This document shows positions 8,322 through 17,900 of a stretch of DNA of 64,000 bases, in pieces; within the stretch, counting starts at the first letter, position 1, and each line of letters opens with the position of its first letter. The stretch covers positions 160,001 to 224,000 of the forward strand of contig CAVYSE010000011.1 in NCBI GenBank assembly GCA_963771075.1, given 5' to 3'. Source of the stretch: a candidate division FCPU426 bacterium. Its GTDB lineage: Bacteria > Oederibacteriota > Muellerivitia > Muellerivitales > Muellerivitaceae. Under the pieces are notes generated by a model. That model was not told the DNA's origin, searched no databases, and saw only the letters and a list, made by a program, of their open reading frames with translations. Position numbers and translations under genes: made by a program.

Positions 8322-10433
8322 TTAGTGTTTTTTAAGAATCTCGACAGCACAGACTTTAGCGTTTTGGACCTTCGTCTTAAATACGATACGGATATTTCCC
8401 AGGCCTTCGGGACGAATATGATCAAAGGTCTTCTCAATCCCGTGGTTCATAGTCCCTGCTTCCTTGAGGATGTCGAAATCCTTTAATACAATGTTACCGT
8501 TGATCTGGACGTCGAAGATCCTTTCACCCGGCTTTTTCACATAGGCCTCGGCGAATAAAAGGCGCACCTGGTATTCACCCGGCTGAACGGGCAAGACATA
8601 GCTGAAATCCGATCCCCAGCGTTCGGTCTGGTAAAGCTGGGAGTCTTTGTCGGCCGTCACCTGCGGTTCTGCCTCGACAGTTGTTCCGTCGAAAAAGCCT
8701 TGGTCCTTCGCCCAGTGATTTCCTGACGAATCCGTGAAATCCGTTCCTCCCGCCCGGATTCGCCATACCTCCTGGGCCGGCATGGGCGTGGGGGTGGGTC
8801 GGGGCGACAAGACGAGGGGAGCCGGAGCTTCGCCCGGTTTCATCTCGAACCATTCGTAATCCGCCCAATTTTGCGATTCTTTTCCGTTCGCGGTTGCATA
8901 AAGGCCGATAACCGTTCCCGTGAAACCGCCCGCCCTTTCCTTCGTCAGGTCCGCTGAGTCTGAGGCCGCCAAGGTTTCCCAGGTCTTTCCGTCGCTGGAC
9001 CAAGCGAACTGATACTGGCTTTCCTGCCCGGAGATTTCCAGGTACACCTTGCCCCCTGCGAAGGGTTTGCGAATGACTATCGCGCTGTAGGCCTTGACCC
9101 TGTTTCTCACGATGATTTCTGACTCCCCATCCTGGCGACTCACGGCGATCTCGTAATGGTTGTCGTCGTTCGAGCGCACTATCAGGCCCGCTTCCTCCCC
9201 ATCCTGGCTTGGCATGAATTCCATCGAACAACGGGCGGTGACCTTGAAATCGGGCTGTCTTTGGCCCGTAAAGGCGGGTTCATTCATTTTGTCGTCGAGG
9301 GAGGCTATCCCGGCGTGGAGGCTCAAGCAACCCTTGCGGCGGGTAAGGGAAATGTCCCGGGGGTCGATGTTTCGAACGTGTATCCATTCGGGCCCGAGTT
9401 TGTCCTTGACGAACAAGGTCCTTGCCGGAAGTACGGGGAATGGGTGGGGTTTCAGGTTCGGGGCGGGCATCTCCAGCTTCACATGGTGATCGCCGTTCAC
9501 CACCGGCCAGCCATCCTTCCAAATGACGGGGGCCAAGAAGGTTTCCCTTCCCAGGACGGAAATACCGGTTTGCGGTCTTACACCCAGGAAAACCGCCCAC
9601 CAAGATCCGTCGGACGCTTCCACTAAGTCGGCGTGGCCCGTGCATTGGATGGGGCTAGAGGGCTCGTCCCTTTCGGTCAGAATGGGGTTGTAGGGGCAGG
9701 GTTCAAAGGGGCCCCATGGGGATGAAGACCTTCCGATCATTTCCATATGTTGGTTCCCGGTGCCGCCTTCGGCCAGCATGAGGTAGTACTTGCCTTTGAT
9801 CTTGTAGAGGTGGGGGCCTTCGTTCCAGGATTCGGACAGGTCGTTGTAAATTTCCTTTTTGGGCAAGGCCAGCTTGCCGGTTTGGGGATCGAACTCGGAC
9901 TGCTTGATCCCCGCCTTCTCGCCACCGCCTTGCTGGGTGAAATAGGCCTTCCCATCGTCGTCGAAAAACATGGAACCGTCGATATCGTGGTCGTCCATCC
10001 AGAGGGGTTCCGACCAGGGACCGGCTGGGTCCTTGGCCGTAACGATGAAATTGCCGTCCCCGCTCACATTGGTGCAGGCCAGGTAGAAAGTCCCTTTCCA
10101 GAAACGGATGGTGGGGGCGTAAAGACCACCGTAATCCGTGGCGCCCTTCAGGGGCAATTGGCTGGGGCGGTTAAGGGCATTGCCGATGAGATCCCAATGG
10201 ACCAAGTCCCGGCTGTGGTAGATAGGAAGGCCGGGAAAATACTCGAAGGTGGAATTCACAAGGTAGAAGTCTTTGCCGTTCCGGCAGATGCTGGGGTCGG
10301 GATGAAAGCCCGTCAAAACGGGATTGCGATAGTAATCCATTGGTTTCTCCGCGTTGGAAGGTGAGATCCCCGCCCCGAATGTTAGGGCGGCCACGACTAG
10401 AATAAGGCCATAACGAAGAGCGGGTTGGGTCAT
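8322..10433 (-). CDS. Secreted GH43 xylosidase/arabinofuranosidase with C-terminal malectin domain
   Basis: Signal peptide; NPVLTGFHPDPSI, YAPTIR, EGPHLYK; GH43_C2; PTPTP linker; malectin motifs LYQTERWG, LLFAE, RIFDV. Confidence 0.88.
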   Translation of the reverse strand: MTQPALRYGLILVVAALTFGAGISPSNAEKPMDYYRNPVLTGFHPDPSICRNGKDFYLVNSTFEYFPGLPIYHSRDLVHWDLIGNALNRPSQLPLKGATDYGGLYAPTIRFWKGTFYLACTNVSGDGNFIVTAKDPAGPWSEPLWMDDHDIDGSMFFDDDGKAYFTQQGGGEKAGIKQSEFDPQTGKLALPKKEIYNDLSESWNEGPHLYKIKGKYYLMLAEGGTGNQHMEMIGRSSSPWGPFEPCPYNPILTERDEPSSPIQCTGHADLVEASDGSWWAVFLGVRPQTGISVLGRETFLAPVIWKDGWPVVNGDHHVKLEMPAPNLKPHPFPVLPARTLFVKDKLGPEWIHVRNIDPRDISLTRRKGCLSLHAGIASLDDKMNEPAFTGQRQPDFKVTARCSMEFMPSQDGEEAGLIVRSNDDNHYEIAVSRQDGESEIIVRNRVKAYSAIVIRKPFAGGKVYLEISGQESQYQFAWSSDGKTWETLAASDSADLTKERAGGFTGTVIGLYATANGKESQNWADYEWFEMKPGEAPAPLVLSPRPTPTPMPAQEVWRIRAGGTDFTDSSGNHWAKDQGFFDGTTVEAEPQVTADKDSQLYQTERWGSDFSYVLPVQPGEYQVRLLFAEAYVKKPGERIFDVQINGNIVLKDFDILKEAGTMNHGIEKTFDHIRPEGLGNIRIVFKTKVQNAKVCAVEILKKH

Positions 10434-10699
10434 TTATTGCTCCTTTTGGTTCATCATAACAAATAAGGAGAAGACTCGAATCCGCTTTAGCATGACTGAA
10501 TTTTTCATGTCACCTAACAAACCGGTGCAAGGATGATTCCTGCGGATAATACGAAATGAAAAGGTAAAACGGGAAACCGAAAAGACATTGGAAAACTAGA
10601 GCAAAAAAATCACCTGCCGTTAATAATGTCCGGGATAAATTTGGGGAAGTTTTTCAAGCGGGGAGAAAATCCGATATTTTTTCGCACGGGAGATTTTGG

Positions 10700-11248
10700 G
10701 TGAGAAAAACATTTTTGGTTTTGGGCTTATCGGCGCTTTTATTGACACCCCTGCTTTTTGTTAATTCAAGGATTTGCTTAGAAAAGAAGGGGATCAACAC
10801 GAGTTTTGCTGACTCCGGCCTCTCATGTGGGTTCACTCCGGTACCCGTGAAACCTTCGCCCGGGTCGCTTCCTTCCTATACGAATCCGGCCAACCAAGCC
10901 TTGCTGACCTCCGCGACGCCCCAAGCACAATCCGCTTTCAAACCCGGGCCCTTCATGGGAGAAACCCGAGCCTTGCGGACCATCGGAGACTGGCGCCTTT
11001 ACTATTTCAATGAAATCCCACCGGTCGATTTTGATAACTACATGGTCCTGCAGGCCTACCTGCCGGTGGCTTGCCCGCCCTCCTTGTCCGTCACGGCCAT
11101 TTGCGAGGGTCAGGACACCATTCAAGTTTCGTTGGTCGCAACCCTGCAAAGGGGAAACGATTGTCAGGATATTCGATACGATTGGGTTTCGGAGGCGGTG
11201 ACGCTTTCCGACAAACCGGTCACCTGGCAGATCGTGGCGACCCGGTAG
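10700..11248 (+). CDS. Hypothetical exported protein (PrcB C-terminal-like motif)
   Basis: N-terminal hydrophobic segment; PPVDFDNYMVL motif. Confidence 0.5.
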   Translation: MRKTFLVLGLSALLLTPLLFVNSRICLEKKGINTSFADSGLSCGFTPVPVKPSPGSLPSYTNPANQALLTSATPQAQSAFKPGPFMGETRALRTIGDWRLYYFNEIPPVDFDNYMVLQAYLPVACPPSLSVTAICEGQDTIQVSLVATLQRGNDCQDIRYDWVSEAVTLSDKPVTWQIVATR

Positions 11249-11272
11249 GTTCTACGATCGGTGGTTTTGAAA

Positions 11273-12316
11273 TCAGGGTTGCCGCTGGTTCTCCGACGAT
11301 TCCTTCCATAATTGCGCCAAGGCGCTGAAAAGACTCTTTCGGGTCGCTAACGGGTATATATTCCCCTCTGGCAATTCCTTCATGAGCTTTCTGTGGGCGG
11401 TACCAAGGTTGTGATAGGGCATGCCGGGGAAAAGATGATGGGTGGCGTGGAAGCGCAGGCCCACCGGGGCCCACAGGGGCGTAGTGAAAAAATTTCCAGG
11501 GATGTCAATGGAATCCAAAAACTGCTCCGAGAATTTCATTTCGCGATCCGGCTGGTTGCGGTAGCAATGGGCCACCAGGGTGCGCAGACCGTTGGTAAAT
11601 AGGATAAAGACCGCCGCCAGGTACCAAAGCAACAAAACTTTCCAGGGCCAAATTCCCGCGATCATGAGCGCCAACCCTGTCGCGGCGTAAGCGAAGGTCA
11701 TGAATTCCTGGGCCCACCAGATATATTTTTCTCGGCCCACGGGTGGAGGACGCTTATAACCCAGGTCCACCGCCAGGGAAGAAGCCAGCTCCCAAAGGGG
11801 TTTTCGAAGGGGCTGAATGACATAGGAAAGGGGGGTGAAGATGGAAAAGCGGATTAAGAAGAGCGCCGGGGCCAGGGTCATGGTGAACAAAAAGAGCGGG
11901 ATTCGGTAGGGTTTGGAGATGGCGAAGGGGAAGTATTCCTTGTCGTTGCGAGTGCCGTAATAGCTTTGCTTGTGGTGGTCGATATGGACTCCCATATAAA
12001 GTTCGGAAGGCACCATTAGGGGAAAACCGCATAAAAGGTTCCAAACGGTATGAAAAGCCTGGAAGGTCCCTTTCTTAAGGTGGGTTAGCTCGTGAACGAA
12101 AATGACCGCTCGGTAGAGGGAAATTCCCGCCAGTAATAGGGCCCCGATTTGTAGTGGAGAAAAGTTGGGTTGACGCACGGCGAAAATAAAAGATACCCAC
12201 CCCAAGAGGTCGTTGAATAGAAAGTCGGTCCAATAGATCACCGGGTTGGCGTCGAATAGGTCCTTACAAATTTTCTTGGCCTCGGCCATCGGAAACTCAG
12301 CGTTATAGGGTTTCAT
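11273..12316 (-). CDS. Membrane fatty acid desaturase family protein
   Basis: His boxes HELTH, HIDHH, HATHH; RBS AGAGGTG before ATG 12316. Confidence 0.85.
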   Translation of the reverse strand: MKPYNAEFPMAEAKKICKDLFDANPVIYWTDFLFNDLLGWVSFIFAVRQPNFSPLQIGALLLAGISLYRAVIFVHELTHLKKGTFQAFHTVWNLLCGFPLMVPSELYMGVHIDHHKQSYYGTRNDKEYFPFAISKPYRIPLFLFTMTLAPALFLIRFSIFTPLSYVIQPLRKPLWELASSLAVDLGYKRPPPVGREKYIWWAQEFMTFAYAATGLALMIAGIWPWKVLLLWYLAAVFILFTNGLRTLVAHCYRNQPDREMKFSEQFLDSIDIPGNFFTTPLWAPVGLRFHATHHLFPGMPYHNLGTAHRKLMKELPEGNIYPLATRKSLFSALAQLWKESSENQRQP

Positions 12317-12559
12317 GAAACACCTCTTTTTGGGGTGACGAATTTTTACATTCCCGGGATTAAAAATCCAATGCGACTGCTCGAATTTTTGAATAGTTTC
12401 CAAAAGTATCTGGAAGAGCGATTGTCGAGGAAATTATATTTTTTACGCATTGAATTCCCAAGTATGGGTCTATAATCTACAGCCAACTTTACCAGACCGG
12501 CGGAAAAGTCTTTATTTAGGACTTATTTCGCAAGTTATTTAGGGGAGGGCTTCCGCCGT

Positions 12560-13348
12560 ATGGGCTTGTTTCCAAGATTGTTTTTGATTTCTCTCTTCTG
12601 TGCCAATCGGGTATTTGCCGATACTGCTCCCTGGTTTCCCAAAAACATATCAGCGGATGGGGACCGGATCGACAACCTGGTCATATTCTCCTTTTGGGTG
12701 ACCGGAACCTTCTTTGCCATTGTCGTTCTAGCCTTGATCCTCTTTCCTCTTTTCTACCGGTCCCGTCCCGGGCACAAGGCTTTTTATACCCACGGTACGG
12801 GATTGTTCGAACGGATTGTCACCTTCGCCCTGGCTGCGACCGTTTTCGGCGTGATCGACCTGAACGTGATCCACCGTTCCAACGAGGATTACGACGTTCT
12901 TTACGGTAAGCAATACGACCGGGCACAGGCCTTGCGCGTGGAGGTTCAGGGCCGCCAGTTCGAGTGGCGCATCCGTTATTCCATCGACAACAAAACCTTC
13001 GGGACAGTCCAGGACATCACCACCTTAAACCAACTCCATATCCCGGTAAACCGGCCGGTGTTCGTACAGGTCACGTCCGGAGATGTCATCCATAGCTTTT
13101 ACCTTCCGAACCTCCGTATCCGACAAGACGCCATGCCGGGCCTAGTGACCCAGGTGGCCTTTGAGGCCAAGGAAAAAGGCCAGTTCACCCTCGCCTGTTC
13201 CGAGCTTTGCGGCCTGGGCCATTACCGGATGAAGGGTTACTTGACAGTGGAGGATGAGGCGGATTTTGATAAGTTTTTAGCCGATGCCGCCAAGGACCGG
13301 GACCCCGATCCCGCCAACAATTGGGGTTGGGCATGGGAGGAGAGATAA
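12560..13348 (+). CDS. coxB: Cytochrome c oxidase subunit II
   Basis: Two TM helices, DVIHSF, CuA motif CSELCGLGHYRM. Confidence 0.92.
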   Translation: MGLFPRLFLISLFCANRVFADTAPWFPKNISADGDRIDNLVIFSFWVTGTFFAIVVLALILFPLFYRSRPGHKAFYTHGTGLFERIVTFALAATVFGVIDLNVIHRSNEDYDVLYGKQYDRAQALRVEVQGRQFEWRIRYSIDNKTFGTVQDITTLNQLHIPVNRPVFVQVTSGDVIHSFYLPNLRIRQDAMPGLVTQVAFEAKEKGQFTLACSELCGLGHYRMKGYLTVEDEADFDKFLADAAKDRDPDPANNWGWAWEER

Positions 13349-13349
13349 C

Positions 13350-15071
13350 ATGAGCGATCACGCGCATTCCGAACCGACTTCCTTTTGGACGAAGTATATT
13401 TTCTCGCTGGACCACAAGGTCATTGGCCGGCAGTTCCTTTTTTACGGGTTGTTCTTCCTCCTGACCGGCGGCATTATGGCCTACCTGATCCGTTGGCAAG
13501 TCGCCAACCCCTGGACCCCCGCGCCGGTCTTCGGACCGCTGCTGTTCCCCAACTCGGGCGGGGCGGCTACTCCCGAGATCTACACCACCCTGATCACCCT
13601 GCACGGGACCATCATGATCTTCTTCGCCATCACTCCGATCGCCATCGGGGCACTGGGCAATTTTCTGATCCCGCTCCAGATCGGGGCGAGGGATATGGCC
13701 TTCCCCATCCTCAACATGCTTTCCTTTTGGCTGATGCCCATCGCCGGCGTACTTTTGATGATGTCCTACTTCGGTGAACAGACGGCCTCCGCCGGCTGGA
13801 CGGGCTATCCCCCTTTGAGTTCCGCCACCTATACGCCCGGCGCCGGTGAAACCCTCTGGGCCCTGGCGGTGGTGATCCTGGGAACTTCCTCCATCATGGG
13901 GGGGATCAATTACGTCACCACTTGCATTAATTTAAGGGCGAAGGGGATGACGATCTGGAAACTTCCCCTTTCGGTCTGGGGGCTCTTCCTCACCGCCGTC
14001 CTTAACCTGGCCTTCGTACCGGTCATCGCGGTGGGTTTGATCATGTTGATCTTCGACCGTACCTGCGGCACCCACTTTTTCACCGGGGTGGCCATCAATC
14101 CGGCCCAAGCCGGCCAGCCTCTTTTATACCAGCATATTTTCTGGGCCTTCGGGCATCCCGAAGTTTACATCCTGATCCTTCCCATCTGGGGCGTGGTGTC
14201 GGACGTTTTGGCGGTGTTCGCGCGAAAGCCGGCTTTCGGTTACAAGCTAACGGCCCTCTCCATGTTCGTCATCACCTGCCTAAGCACGGTGGTCTGGGGC
14301 CATCACATGTTCATATCCGGCATGAGCCCGGCCATGGGCAAAGCCTTCCAGTCCCTAACCATGCTGATTTCGATCCCCTCTTCCATTTTCTTCTTCAATT
14401 GGCTCGCGACCCTCTGGCGGGGAAACCTGCAATTCAAAACACCCATGCTTTTCGCGATGGGGGTCATTTTCGTATTCGCAATCGGCGGGTTAACAGGGAT
14501 CCTTTTGGCTTCCCGCACCATGGATATTTATTTCCACGGGACCTATTTCGTGGTGGCCCACTTCCACTACACGATGGCCATGTCGGTATTCCTGGGTTCC
14601 TTCTGCGCCATCTATTTCTGGTTCCCGAAAATGTTCGGGAGGATGATGAACGAGATTTTGGGGAAATTGCATTTCTGGATCACTTTTGTTTCGGTCAATG
14701 TGGTGTTCCTGGTTATGTTCCGGGTCGGGATGGCGGGCCTGATGCGACGGGTGGCGGACCCCTATGCCTACGAAGTGTTCAAACCCCTGCAGCCCTTGAA
14801 CCAGATCATCACCTACGGGGTCATGGTGATGGGTACGGCCCAATTGATCTTTATTTTCAATTTCTTTTTCAGCATGTTCTTCGGCAAGAAGGCCGAGGAT
14901 AACCCCTGGCATGCCGCCACATTGGAATGGACGGTCCCGTCGCCGCCCCCCCACGCGAATTTCGGGGAGGAACTGCCTGTCGTGATCAATGGACCCCATG
15001 AGTACGGCAACCCAGCCGTGAAAGGAAAGGATTTCCTGCTGCAAACAGAACCCGTGCCCGACGCGGGCTAA
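13350..15071 (+). CDS. coxA: Cytochrome c oxidase subunit I, A1 type
   Basis: DHKVIG, LHG, GARDMAFP, GWTGYPPLS, GHPEVYI, WGHHMF, AHFHY; ATG 13350 after GGAGG. Confidence 0.95.
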   Translation: MSDHAHSEPTSFWTKYIFSLDHKVIGRQFLFYGLFFLLTGGIMAYLIRWQVANPWTPAPVFGPLLFPNSGGAATPEIYTTLITLHGTIMIFFAITPIAIGALGNFLIPLQIGARDMAFPILNMLSFWLMPIAGVLLMMSYFGEQTASAGWTGYPPLSSATYTPGAGETLWALAVVILGTSSIMGGINYVTTCINLRAKGMTIWKLPLSVWGLFLTAVLNLAFVPVIAVGLIMLIFDRTCGTHFFTGVAINPAQAGQPLLYQHIFWAFGHPEVYILILPIWGVVSDVLAVFARKPAFGYKLTALSMFVITCLSTVVWGHHMFISGMSPAMGKAFQSLTMLISIPSSIFFFNWLATLWRGNLQFKTPMLFAMGVIFVFAIGGLTGILLASRTMDIYFHGTYFVVAHFHYTMAMSVFLGSFCAIYFWFPKMFGRMMNEILGKLHFWITFVSVNVVFLVMFRVGMAGLMRRVADPYAYEVFKPLQPLNQIITYGVMVMGTAQLIFIFNFFFSMFFGKKAEDNPWHAATLEWTVPSPPPHANFGEELPVVINGPHEYGNPAVKGKDFLLQTEPVPDAG

Positions 15072-15086
15072 AGACAAAGGCTTTTT

Positions 15087-15171
15087 CCACGAAGTTCACA
15101 ACGGGCACAAAGTAAAAAAATTATTTTGATAAAGCCAAGCATTTACTTTGTGGTCTTTGTGTACTTCGTGG
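15087..15171. repeat. Intergenic inverted repeat with 9-bp periodic arms
   Basis: Arms 15087-15116 and 15142-15171 match at 26/30; units CACGAAGTT/CACAACGGG/CACAAAGTA. Confidence 0.75.
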
Positions 15172-15197
15172 TGAGAAATGTTTTTTAAGGAGAAACA

Positions 15198-15782
15198 ATG
15201 AGTTCTGAAGCAATAAACGAAGAATCCTACACCGGATTTCCCACCGCCCGCATGGGCATGCTGATCTTTTTGATCTCTGAAAGCATGATGTTCGTAACGC
15301 TCATCTCGGGGTATCTGGTGCTTCGCGCCAGTCAAACCGCTTGGCCTCCTGCCAACCAACCCCATTTGAACGTGCTCTTGACCGGCATCAACACTTTTTT
15401 CCTGATCTCCTCCAGCGTAACCTTCCATTTTGCCGAGGTTTATTTTCGCAAAAGCCAAAAAGGAAAGTTCCTGGCCTGGCTTGGAGCGACCATCCTTCTG
15501 GGAACGACCTTCCTGACCATCCAGGCCTTCGAGTACAGCCGGCTCATGTTCGGGACTTTGAGCCTTTCTTCCTCTACCTACGGTTCGGTTTTCTTCTCCC
15601 TGACGGGGTTTCACGGGCTTCACGTGTTCGTCGGAATATGCCTCCTCAGCCTTATTTTTTGGCGTTTGTCAGCGAACAAGCTTTCCAAAACGGACCACCA
15701 CTTGGTGGATAACATCGGGCTTTACTGGCACTTCGTGGACGGGGTATGGATCGTTCTCTTTTCCGTGCTTTACCTTTGGTGA
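15198..15782 (+). CDS. coxC: Cytochrome c oxidase subunit III
   Basis: FLISE, NT.FLISSS, TGFHGLHV, LYWHFVD.VW. Confidence 0.92.
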   Translation: MSSEAINEESYTGFPTARMGMLIFLISESMMFVTLISGYLVLRASQTAWPPANQPHLNVLLTGINTFFLISSSVTFHFAEVYFRKSQKGKFLAWLGATILLGTTFLTIQAFEYSRLMFGTLSLSSSTYGSVFFSLTGFHGLHVFVGICLLSLIFWRLSANKLSKTDHHLVDNIGLYWHFVDGVWIVLFSVLYLW

Positions 15783-15816
15783 GAAGCTTTTCCATGGATA
15801 GGGTTATAATTTAAAG

Positions 15817-16110
15817 ATGATCACCAATCGAAAACATCCGAACCTTTTTTTTGATCATCCTCGAAAACTCAAGGGTTTAATCCTTATTCCATTTTGGGTC
15901 TGTTTAGTCCTGGCTTCGCCGTCGGCCCTTCAAGCTTGTCCTTTTTGCGCGGAAGCGGTCCGAAGGATTAACAACGGCCAACTGTTGGACAGCTATGTGG
16001 TGGCGTACGTGATATTGGCTTTTATGCCGCTGGTCCTCATCGGCCTCTTTGCTTTGACCCTTTTCCGGTTCCACCGCCGGAAAATCGCAGGACAAACCCC
16101 TCGCCATTAA
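15817..16110 (+). CDS. Small membrane protein with CxxC (ACPFC), cox-associated
   Basis: Signal-like segment, ACPFCAE, C-terminal TM helix; TATAAT 6 nt before ATG. Confidence 0.6.
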   Translation: MITNRKHPNLFFDHPRKLKGLILIPFWVCLVLASPSALQACPFCAEAVRRINNGQLLDSYVVAYVILAFMPLVLIGLFALTLFRFHRRKIAGQTPRH

Positions 16111-16634
16111 TCTTGTGGCGGGTGGAGGGTTCCGTCCTCGACCTCATGGAAATCTTCGAGTGTAAAGGTCAACAACCGGGTAAGTTGTTCCTTTTCTTTT
16201 TCACCCAACACCCTTTCCACCTCGGGGTAGAAGATTCGGTCTTCCCGGATTGAATGGTGTTCCAAATATTTCTTGAAATGGGCCTCATCGTCAAAGAGAG
16301 AAATGATTTCCTTCCAATTGGAGTCGCTTCGGCTCAGGCGGGACGCCCGAAGGTTTATCCGGTTAAGCCACTCCGTGATCTTTAAATGTTCCCCCGAGAA
16401 AATTTCCGCGTCTCCACCCCGGATTTGGGCGGCCCTTTGGCGGTAAAGGGGTAGCAAGATCTCATCCTCCTCTTTCATATGTTGCAAGAGTGCTTTTTCA
16501 AAAGACATCAGCATGCTCCGGGAACGGGTAAAATCTCCCTTCAACATGGCGACTTGGTGCTCGAAAAAGAGCTGGTCCAATTCATGATGAAGCTTGTTCA
16601 TGTCCTGGATGGATTTGGCGGGGTGGATTGGCAT
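16107..16634 (-). CDS. Hemerythrin HHE-domain protein
   Basis: H...., HMKEEDEILLP, EH, HSIREDRIFYP. Confidence 0.8.
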   Translation of the reverse strand: MPIHPAKSIQDMNKLHHELDQLFFEHQVAMLKGDFTRSRSMLMSFEKALLQHMKEEDEILLPLYRQRAAQIRGGDAEIFSGEHLKITEWLNRINLRASRLSRSDSNWKEIISLFDDEAHFKKYLEHHSIREDRIFYPEVERVLGEKEKEQLTRLLTFTLEDFHEVEDGTLHPPQD

Positions 16635-16638
16635 GTAT

Positions 16639-16902
16639 TTAGTCCTTGCGGGTCCGATGACGGGCCTTAATCCCAGTGGCTTTTTGTTTTTTTCTCGGGC
16701 TGGCAGCGGGAACAGCCTTGCCATGTTTTATAGGCCGACTGGAAATTTCTAAGGGCTTGGATTTCTCCAGTAAAACAGACTCGGAGTAAGCGAAGACGAC
16801 TTTCCCGCGCAGGATGCATCCCTTCATACCGGGATGGCATGTGGTTTTCACTCTTTGGCATTGGTAATCCCCCGTTTGATGGGGACAGGACCAACCGGAC
16901 AT
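16639..16902 (-). CDS. Small Cys4 hypothetical protein (C-x8-C-x6-C-x6-C)
   Basis: MSGWSCPHQTGDYQCQRVKTTCHPGMKGCILRGKV; packed between VIT1 and hemerythrin genes. Confidence 0.65.
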   Translation of the reverse strand: MSGWSCPHQTGDYQCQRVKTTCHPGMKGCILRGKVVFAYSESVLLEKSKPLEISSRPIKHGKAVPAASPRKKQKATGIKARHRTRKD

Positions 16903-16968
16903 GAGGAATCCTTTCACTTTATTCAGGAGAATTGTAGATTTAACTGCGAAAGGGAAGTATGAGCCAGC

Positions 16969-17679
16969 TCAACCCTTGACGAGGTGGGCCAAAGTAAAGG
17001 CTGCAAGGGCGGCCAAAAGACCCGTCAGGGTCACCGTGAAGGCACCCCGTAATGGCGGTTGGCTTGTCAAACGGGCTTTCCAATAACCGAAAAGTAGCAG
17101 ACAAACCACGGTAAGGAGGAAGGAATAGGCGAGCCCCTGGAGGGGGGTCGAGGTAAAAAGATAGGCTGAGAGAGGAACCAATCCGCCCACCGCATAGGAA
17201 AGTCCGATCCTCAAGGCGCTGGCATAGGCCTGTTTTGGGTCGGGTTTTTCCAGCCCCAATTCGAAGCGCATCATGAAGTCTACCCAAAGGTCCGGATTCT
17301 TGGAAAGGTCCAAGGCCACCTGATCCTGGGTTTCGCGGGTGATGCCGTAGTGACCCAGCAACTGCCTAATTTCCTCTTTTTCTTCCTGAGGAATTTCCCG
17401 GATTTCCATCTCCTCCCGCTTTAATTCCCCCTCGTAATGCTCGATTTCGGTTTTACCCGCTAAAAACCCTCCCAGTCCCATGGAAATGGTTCCGGCGATG
17501 ATTTCCACGACGCCCGCTAAAAGGATAAGGGAATTATAAGTGGCAAAACCAGATAAGCCCGCGGCCAGGGCGAATGGTACGGTCAAGCCGTCTGACAATC
17601 CAACGACCAGGTCTCGGAGAGCCTGGCTGGAACCGGAGTGTGTTTCATGATGGCCGTGATGGGGAATGGGTGTGGGCAT
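16969..17679 (-). CDS. VIT1/CCC1 family iron/manganese transporter
   Basis: RDLVVGLSDGL, AG.ISMGLGG, E..RE..EI, FMMRFELG; His-rich N-terminus. Confidence 0.9.
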   Translation of the reverse strand: MPTPIPHHGHHETHSGSSQALRDLVVGLSDGLTVPFALAAGLSGFATYNSLILLAGVVEIIAGTISMGLGGFLAGKTEIEHYEGELKREEMEIREIPQEEKEEIRQLLGHYGITRETQDQVALDLSKNPDLWVDFMMRFELGLEKPDPKQAYASALRIGLSYAVGGLVPLSAYLFTSTPLQGLAYSFLLTVVCLLLFGYWKARLTSQPPLRGAFTVTLTGLLAALAAFTLAHLVKG

Positions 17680-17798
17680 ATGGTTTATTTCGCTGGGTGG
17701 GAGTCTAATGGGTCGTGCAAAGAGGAGCAAGTCAGGGGATTATTTTTTAGGCTTTTTCCGCCCTTGGCGCTAAACTTTCATGGAAATAGGCGTAAATT

Positions 17799-17812
17799 AT
17801 GACAAGTGTCAT
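17799..17812. promoter_or_regulatory. Crp/Fnr-type box TTATGAC-AAGT-GTCATAA between divergent VIT1 and kinase genes
   Basis: Exact extended palindrome. Confidence 0.8.
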
Positions 17813-17900
17813 AACGCGAGAATTGTCATAAGCGTTATACAACTTCAAAGCATTCGACAGATATTAAAACACAATCTAAAAACGGGGAGAACGATTCTTA

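Noticed and set aside
10492..10509. ATGACTGAATTTTTCAT upstream of GH43
   Set aside because: Half-site spacing does not fit the N4 box
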